A stretch of 64,000 bases of DNA from Alistipes sp. (GTDB lineage Bacteria > Bacteroidota > Bacteroidia > Bacteroidales > Rikenellaceae): the NCBI GenBank assembly GCA_017630735.1, contig JAGBUS010000099.1, forward strand, positions 19-64,018, in the 5' to 3' direction. Below, piece by piece: positions 57,895-64,000 of this stretch (position 1 is the stretch's first letter; each line of letters starts with the position of its first letter). The notes under the pieces were generated by a model. That model did not search any database, was not told the DNA's origin, and worked only from the letters and a program-made list of their open reading frames with translations. The position numbers were made by a program, and so were the translations under genes.

Positions 57895-59175
57895 ATGTCT
57901 CAGCAACCCTTAGCCGAGCGTCTGCGTCCTCAGAACCTCGACGAATACATAGGACAAAAACACCTCGTTGGCGATAATGGCGTATTACGCAAGTTTATCG
58001 CCACGGGCAGTGTGCCATCGTTTATTTTGTGGGGACCTCCGGGTGTCGGCAAGACTACTCTTGCACGCATTGTCGCCTCGGCACTAAACCGTCCATTCTA
58101 TACCCTCTCGGCTGTTACGTCGGGCGTTAAGGATGTCAGGGAGGTTATCGAGAAGGCGAAGAATCAGCACCTCTTCAATGCGCGTTCGGCATTTCTGTTT
58201 ATCGACGAGATACACCGCTTCAGCAAGTCGCAGCAGGACTCGCTGCTGGGTGCCGTGGAGCAGGGCGTTGTGACACTTATAGGTGCCACGACGGAAAACC
58301 CCTCGTTCGAGGTTATCTCGCCACTGCTCAGCCGCTGCCAAGTGTATGTGCTTAAGCCCATGGACGATACCGAGCTACGCACGCTCCTCGACCGCGCCCT
58401 TACTACCGACGAACAACTTAAGAAGCGCACTATCGAGGTGCGCGAGACCGAGGCACTCTTCCGCTTTTCGGGTGGCGACGCACGTAAGCTGTTGAATATC
58501 CTCGACATCATCGTGGGTGCTTCGGATGGCGATATCACCATCTCCGATGAGCGTGTCACGGAGTGCCTGCAGCAGAATATCGCCCTCTATGATAAGTCGG
58601 GCGAGCAACACTACGATGTTATCTCGGCATTCATAAAGTCTATCCGTGGTAGCGACCCTAACGCCGCCATTTACTACCTCGCACGCATGCTTGCCGGTGG
58701 CGAGGAGCCACGCTTCATTGCCCGCCGCCTGGTGATATCGGCATCGGAGGATATAGGTCTTGCAAACCCTAACGCACTGCTTCTTGCTAATGCCTGCTTC
58801 GACACGGTGCATAAGATAGGCATGCCTGAGGCGCGCATCACACTTGCCGAGACCACCATCTACCTCGCCACAAGCCCTAAGAGCAACTCGGCATACGCCG
58901 CAATAAATCAGGCACTCGCCATGGTCGAGCACGACACTACTAACCGCCCTGTGCCTCTGCACCTGCGCAATGCCCCTACCAAGCTTATGGGCGATATGGG
59001 CTATGGTGCCAACTACCGCTATGCCCACGACTATGCCGGCAACTTTGTCGAGCAGGAGTTCCTGCCGGAGTCGCTCAGTGGCACACGCTTCTACACACCC
59101 AATATCGGCAATGCGCAGGAGGCAAAGATCGCCGAGCGTATGCATGCACTATGGGGCGATAAGTATGATAAATAA
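57895..59175 (+). CDS. rarA: Replication-associated recombination protein A (RarA/MgsA)
   Basis: PLAERLRP, GPPGVGKTT, DEIHRF, ATTENP, ISAFIKSIRGSD, SEDIGLA, VPLHLRNAPT. Confidence 0.95.
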   Translation: MSQQPLAERLRPQNLDEYIGQKHLVGDNGVLRKFIATGSVPSFILWGPPGVGKTTLARIVASALNRPFYTLSAVTSGVKDVREVIEKAKNQHLFNARSAFLFIDEIHRFSKSQQDSLLGAVEQGVVTLIGATTENPSFEVISPLLSRCQVYVLKPMDDTELRTLLDRALTTDEQLKKRTIEVRETEALFRFSGGDARKLLNILDIIVGASDGDITISDERVTECLQQNIALYDKSGEQHYDVISAFIKSIRGSDPNAAIYYLARMLAGGEEPRFIARRLVISASEDIGLANPNALLLANACFDTVHKIGMPEARITLAETTIYLATSPKSNSAYAAINQALAMVEHDTTNRPVPLHLRNAPTKLMGDMGYGANYRYAHDYAGNFVEQEFLPESLSGTRFYTPNIGNAQEAKIAERMHALWGDKYDK

Positions 59176-59190
59176 TAGATTATTGTTGCC

Positions 59191-60837
59191 ATGAGACTAC
59201 TACTCCATATCGCTGTTCTATGCTCGATTGTGTTTGTTGGTTGCACCACCGACAAGCGCACCGCCGCGCTTATCCGCCACGCCGAGGATATCGCCATCGA
59301 ACACCCCGATTCGGCACTTAGGGTTATTCGCTCTATTGACCCACGTGCCTTGCGTGGCGACCACGATATCGCGCACTACCAACTTGTCTATAGCGAATCG
59401 CTATACTACAACATTATCGACAGCGATAACGACTCTCTCACGCGCCCTATGGCAGAGTATTATCTCTACGACGACAACCACGCCGAGCGTGCGAGGGCTA
59501 TGTACCAGCACGCCCTTGTGCGAGTAAATGCGAAGAATAATGCCGAGGCTATGTACTACCTCAACGAGGCTGAGAAGTCGTTGGAGCACACCGATAACCC
59601 ACGCCTTGCAGGCATTGTGCATCGCCAAAAAGGAGAAATATATGGCGAGGAGTGCTTGTTTGCCAACTCATTACAGGAGTATGAAACAGCATATAAATAT
59701 TTTGACACTTGCAATCTCACATATCACAAACTTGTTACCCTTTATGATATTGGTAAAGTATATAGATCATTGAATGAGCATGAGAAGTCTATCGAGACAC
59801 TTACTCCGCTTATTGATATGTGTTTGGATGTAGGAAAACCAGAGTTATTAGACTGCATAATAATTGAATTATCGCTAAATTACATCTATGTTGATAAAGT
59901 TGAGGAGTGTAGTCATTTAATTAATTTATTTGAGCAGAACGATTGTACAAAGTATTTTGATCAAGAGTATTATTTATTAAAAGCCATAGTTGAAGCACAT
60001 TTTAATGCACGAGATAGGGCTTTGATGTATCTTGCTAAGGCGTTAGAATACCCATCTAATGACTATATCCAGACAGAGTTCCTTGCACATATAGTATATA
60101 AGAAACTCAACTGTTTAAACGAGGCGTTACACTATCTATCATTGAGTGAGCAGAGACAGGATAATATAGTATTAGAAGTATTACACCAACCTGTGTTGAA
60201 TGTTCAAATAGAGTTACTAAGAACCGATTTAGAGAGCGAGCAGCGACAATTACGATATAACAAAAGTATAACAATCATATTAATTGTTGTAATTGTATTA
60301 TCGTTATTTGCACTTTTATTATATCTGCGTTTTCGTAAGGTTAAGCAGGATAGAGATATTGCAAACTATGTCTCTATTATAAATGAATTGCAGCAATCTA
60401 TCAAGGATGTAAACTTAGCATCTGAAGAGAAGTTTGTGGAGTTGCATTTAAATGATTTTATTACGATAAATGAGATGTGCGAAATATTGTACACCTATGG
60501 AGATACATCTCAATTATCAACCAAACTAACAAATGGCGTTTATAACTGCATTGAGTTAATACGTAGTAATCAAGAGTACCTCGATAAACTTGAAAAGATT
60601 GTAAACCATAATCACGATAATATTTTTATCACACTGCGCAATAATAGTCCAAAACTCAACGAAAAAGAGTTGCGTTTTGTTTTGTATGTTATACTGGGAT
60701 TCTCCTACAGATCCATATCAATACTCATTGGTGTAGATACAGCAGCTATTTCACGCCTAAAATATAAGATAAAGATCAAGCTCAAAGAGGCAAATAACGA
60801 ACACCTTTCAAATAAGATCTTTGCAGGAAAATTATAA
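59191..60837 (+). CDS. TPR-repeat lipoprotein/membrane sensor with C-terminal LuxR-like HTH
   Basis: Lipobox FVGC; PDSAL; TPR helices; one TM; P.L...E.......LGFS...IS.........SR.KY.IK.KL. Confidence 0.75.
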   Translation: MRLLLHIAVLCSIVFVGCTTDKRTAALIRHAEDIAIEHPDSALRVIRSIDPRALRGDHDIAHYQLVYSESLYYNIIDSDNDSLTRPMAEYYLYDDNHAERARAMYQHALVRVNAKNNAEAMYYLNEAEKSLEHTDNPRLAGIVHRQKGEIYGEECLFANSLQEYETAYKYFDTCNLTYHKLVTLYDIGKVYRSLNEHEKSIETLTPLIDMCLDVGKPELLDCIIIELSLNYIYVDKVEECSHLINLFEQNDCTKYFDQEYYLLKAIVEAHFNARDRALMYLAKALEYPSNDYIQTEFLAHIVYKKLNCLNEALHYLSLSEQRQDNIVLEVLHQPVLNVQIELLRTDLESEQRQLRYNKSITIILIVVIVLSLFALLLYLRFRKVKQDRDIANYVSIINELQQSIKDVNLASEEKFVELHLNDFITINEMCEILYTYGDTSQLSTKLTNGVYNCIELIRSNQEYLDKLEKIVNHNHDNIFITLRNNSPKLNEKELRFVLYVILGFSYRSISILIGVDTAAISRLKYKIKIKLKEANNEHLSNKIFAGKL

Positions 60838-61060
60838 ACACTTGATTAGCAAATAAATAACCTAATAGAAAGTATCGTCTTTAACGTAACTTATTGATAA
60901 TCAATAGGGGGAGATTTTAATAATCTTCCCCTATTTTAATTTACTGTATTTCAATTAGTTAACTTTCTGTAGAGGGAGATTTTTATGGCATACATTTCTT
61001 GATTTTATGTTTGTTGTGTGCTAATTTTGCAATAGACAAAAACCTTAAAATCTAACTTCT

Positions 61061-61444
61061 ATGAAACCTTCTTATTACAAATTTGTAGCACTGCTACTTG
61101 CATTGTTTATAGGTACTACAGCCTATGCAACAAACCCTATTTATGACGAACCTATAACTATTGAAATAAGCAAACAAAAGCAAGATAGACCAGACATCAA
61201 ACCTCGTTCTCTTGTCGAGCAAGATATCGAAGCAACTTATTGTGATGGAATATTGACTGTGGTGTTTAATGAGAATCTTGGAGATTCAAACATTACAGTA
61301 ACAAACATATCTTCGGGCGAGGTATGGAGCGATAGCGTAAGTGGCTACGGCATAGCAACTCTATTCCTTTCGGGTGATGAGGGATACTATTATATAAGTA
61401 TAGAAACCGACAATGGACAATACACTGGAGAGTTTGAATTATAG
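61061..61444 (+). CDS. Small exported Ig-like protein (DUF3244-like)
   Basis: Signal peptide; PRS motif; I.V.N..GE; G.Y.I.I......Y.GEF.L C-terminus. Confidence 0.7.
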   Translation: MKPSYYKFVALLLALFIGTTAYATNPIYDEPITIEISKQKQDRPDIKPRSLVEQDIEATYCDGILTVVFNENLGDSNITVTNISSGEVWSDSVSGYGIATLFLSGDEGYYYISIETDNGQYTGEFEL

Positions 61445-61484
61445 TAAAACTCCCATATTATATAAACCTTAAAACTATTAAACT

Positions 61485-62249
61485 ATGAGAAAGTTTTTAT
61501 ATTTGATACTTATGCTTGCAGTTGCGGGCGTGGTATCGTGTGAGAAGGAGCCTGAGGTGAAACCTACACCTCCTGAGCCAACACCACCCGAAGATACTTA
61601 TAATTGGATTACTGAAGCAGAGTTGATGGGAACATGGGAGCGTTGGGAGGATGATGCTAATGATGAGAATATTAAATTGAGATATGTATTAGGGCTGTAT
61701 AAACCAAGAGAAAAAAGGGGTTGGATGTACTTTTGTAGAGAACGATATTGTAATGGTAAGTATATCAATTTTACTACAAAAGGGTCGTCTGAATTCAAAA
61801 TAATAGATGGTAAATTATGCGACGTTTCCAATAAAGATAAAGTGTATGAGTACGAGTGTAGTGTAGAGGATGGTGTTCTTTCAATAACATTTATGGAAGA
61901 TGGAATAACAGAGACTTACACACGATGTCCTGATATCAGTTATAAGTTTGTGGGAGACTGGTCAGCGTACGAGCCATACGGAGAGAATCAACTTCTCCAT
62001 AAGCACTATCAATTTATATCTGTAGAGGATGGCTTCTACTATGATATCGTGACTGAGCGTAATGGTGCGTATGTTGAAGATAGCAGAAGTATATATTTTA
62101 AGTATACATTTGATGATACAACATTAAATATTAAATATATCTCAGGCGGACGTGCAAATGAGACGTTCGAGTATAGCTTAAGTGGCACAGACCTATATTT
62201 GAACGGTGAGTGGTATGAGAATTTCTACGAAGCACACGTTTCTAAGTAA
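61485..62249 (+). CDS. Lipoprotein with two lipocalin-like (GxW) domains
   Basis: Lipobox VVSC; Pro-rich linker; LMGTW and FVGDW. Confidence 0.65.
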   Translation: MRKFLYLILMLAVAGVVSCEKEPEVKPTPPEPTPPEDTYNWITEAELMGTWERWEDDANDENIKLRYVLGLYKPREKRGWMYFCRERYCNGKYINFTTKGSSEFKIIDGKLCDVSNKDKVYEYECSVEDGVLSITFMEDGITETYTRCPDISYKFVGDWSAYEPYGENQLLHKHYQFISVEDGFYYDIVTERNGAYVEDSRSIYFKYTFDDTTLNIKYISGGRANETFEYSLSGTDLYLNGEWYENFYEAHVSK

Positions 62250-62271
62250 CATAAATGCAGCATAACTACAG

Positions 62272-62343
62272 CAGGGTGTCACGATACCGCGACACCCTGC
62301 CCCTTAAAACTATTAATGAAAAATTTTGTATCTTTGCACTAAC
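62272..62343 (+). repeat. Left copy of a 72-bp inverted repeat
   Basis: Reverse complement equals 63113-63183 except for one indel. Confidence 0.9.
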
Positions 62344-62422
62344 ACTTGCAATGGTTGCGGTGTCGTGCCAAAAAGAGGTTATCATAGATGGCAATTCAGT
62401 AGAGCCTACTACAAAAGAATAA
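62316..62422 (+). pseudogene. Frameshifted lipoprotein N-terminus remnant
   Basis: Adding one A to the A-run after ATG gives MKKFCIFALTLAMVAVSCQKEVIIDGNSVEPTTKE*, similar to the start of 61485-62249. Confidence 0.55.
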
Positions 62423-62491
62423 GAATGACGATAATTACAAAAATGATTTAACTATACTATATAATATTGAGCCTAAATAATGTATAAAGCC

Positions 62492-63055
62492 ATGAAAAAG
62501 AATTGTTTGCTACTATTTGTAATCTCGGTATTACTAACAGGTTGTTATAAGGAATATGGAGGTTTTGGAGATATATCTCAATGCGAAGGTTTGCAGGAGA
62601 CAATTGACAAAATCAAAAACTCTCCTATTATAGATGATAAAGTTCTTTTGGAGACTTTACAGACTACAAGACTGGCTAAGATAGATGAGTACTATAAACA
62701 GAACAATGGAAAGTGGGAATACCTTCATATGCTTTCGAGTCATTCAAGTACAATATTATGCTTTGAGAATGAAGCATATACATTCTCAAAATATGTGTTT
62801 GATGATGAAATAAAAATCTCTGAGCCATATCCTCTAACGTATGATGCTGATACCAACACGTTCTACACAACAAGTCAAATACACCACACGGAGCATAAGG
62901 CAGTGGTAAAATACTTTGATGGTGAGATAATCATACTTGATGGTCTATTTATGCCACGACATGATATGTACAACGAAGATTATGCCGAGTATCGCTATAT
63001 TACTACATTCCGTTTAGAGAAGGAAGGACGAGAATATTGCGAAGGATTACTATAG
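62492..63055 (+). CDS. Hypothetical lipoprotein
   Basis: MKKNCLL...LLTGC lipobox; AT-rich. Confidence 0.7.
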   Translation: MKKNCLLLFVISVLLTGCYKEYGGFGDISQCEGLQETIDKIKNSPIIDDKVLLETLQTTRLAKIDEYYKQNNGKWEYLHMLSSHSSTILCFENEAYTFSKYVFDDEIKISEPYPLTYDADTNTFYTTSQIHHTEHKAVVKYFDGEIIILDGLFMPRHDMYNEDYAEYRYITTFRLEKEGREYCEGLL

Positions 63056-63112
63056 TTACATGTAATAACTGCGCAGAGGCGAAGACGCAGTCGCACGAGA
63101 CGTTATAGGGGC

Positions 63113-63183
63113 GTTAGTGCAAAATACAAAATTTTTCATTAATAGTTTTAAGGGGCAGGGTGTCGCGGTATCGTGACACCCTG
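63113..63183 (-). repeat. Right copy of the inverted repeat; its hairpin can act as terminator on +
   Basis: cagggtgtcgcg/cgtgacaccctg followed by ttctcttttt. Confidence 0.9.
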
Positions 63184-63261
63184 TTCTCTTTTTCGTGGGT
63201 TTTATTGCCAACTATGACATTTTGTCACTATATTTGCACAAATTTGGCATAATTGTAGTTT

Positions 63262-63277
63262 TGGCATAGTGATTGAC
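63262..63277 (+). promoter_or_regulatory. sigma54-like promoter candidate for groESL
   Basis: TGGCATAGTGATTGAC (GG-N10-GA); upstream TGCCA/TGACA/TGTCA/TGGCA boxes. Confidence 0.4.
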
Positions 63278-63330
63278 ACGCCTAACTACAAAACAGAAAT
63301 AAATTTATAAACTAAAAATATAAAAAAACT

Positions 63331-63603
63331 ATGGCAGTAAAACCACTTTCAGACCGTGTATTGGTGATGCCCAATCCGGCAGAGGAGAAGACCGCGGGAG
63401 GTCTATTCATCCCAGACACCGCTAAGGAGAAACCACTTATGGGTAAGGTGATCGCAGTAGGTCCTGGCACCGCAGAGGTGAAGATGGAGGTTAAGGTTGG
63501 CGATACCGTGATGTATGGCAAGTATGCAGGCGCAGAGCTCAACTACGAGGGTGAGACATATCTCGTGATGAAGCAGGCGGACATCATCGCTGTAATAGAG
63601 TAA
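63331..63603 (+). CDS. groES: Co-chaperonin GroES
   Basis: KPLSDRVLV, KTAGGLFIPDTAKEKP, VKVGDTV.YGKYAG. Confidence 0.98.
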   Translation: MAVKPLSDRVLVMPNPAEEKTAGGLFIPDTAKEKPLMGKVIAVGPGTAEVKMEVKVGDTVMYGKYAGAELNYEGETYLVMKQADIIAVIE

Positions 63604-63606
63604 TAA

Positions 63607-64000
<394 letters not shown>

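Noticed and set aside
58375-59145. 256-aa antisense ORF inside rarA, and similar shadow ORFs such as 36093-36713, 36838-37461 and 38008-38625
   Set aside because: Opposite-strand shadows of well-supported genes with no motifs of their own
63056-63120. Integron attC site (ataac...gttat/gttag) after the lipoprotein gene
   Set aside because: Ends do not fit RYYYAAC/GTTRRRY, it is a single copy, and no integron integrase is present

Overview
Chromosomal window from an anaerobic Bacteroidota, most likely Rikenellaceae/Alistipes-like (TAnnTTTG -7 promoters, many lipoproteins, BACON/PCMD/LRR_5 families). Housekeeping genes are yihA, folC, lnt, an LpxL-like acyltransferase, metK with a SAM-II-type riboswitch, rarA, groES-groEL, tRNA-Leu, tRNA-fMet and tRNA-Gln. 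Accessory blocks: (i) a YhhQ + QueL-like queuine-salvage pair; (ii) three tandem cassettes, each with its own promoter, an unannotated or mis-started 40-47 aa Y-x-A-P-E micropeptide gene, a fimbrillin-like/BspA-LRR mosaic lipoprotein and a shared terminator; cassettes 2 and 3 end in copies of the 3' end of a neighbouring putative sigma54-driven sRNA, and a 160-nt rod-shaped + strand RNA with G.U-supported stems sits between array and sRNA; (iii) a DUF4493/PCMD/beta-barrel operon; (iv) an LRR/BACON/S8-protease lipoprotein operon with no SusC/D; (v) a five-gene Hdr-like cluster with a membrane HdrE/D-like fusion; (vi) an ECF sigma/anti-sigma pair between direct repeats next to tRNA-fMet; (vii) a TPR-HTH/DUF3244-like locus ending in a lipoprotein gene enclosed by ~72-bp inverted repeats. 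No CRISPR array, cas gene, reverse transcriptase, transposase or integrase was recognised. Family names come from motif recognition only; no searches were run.
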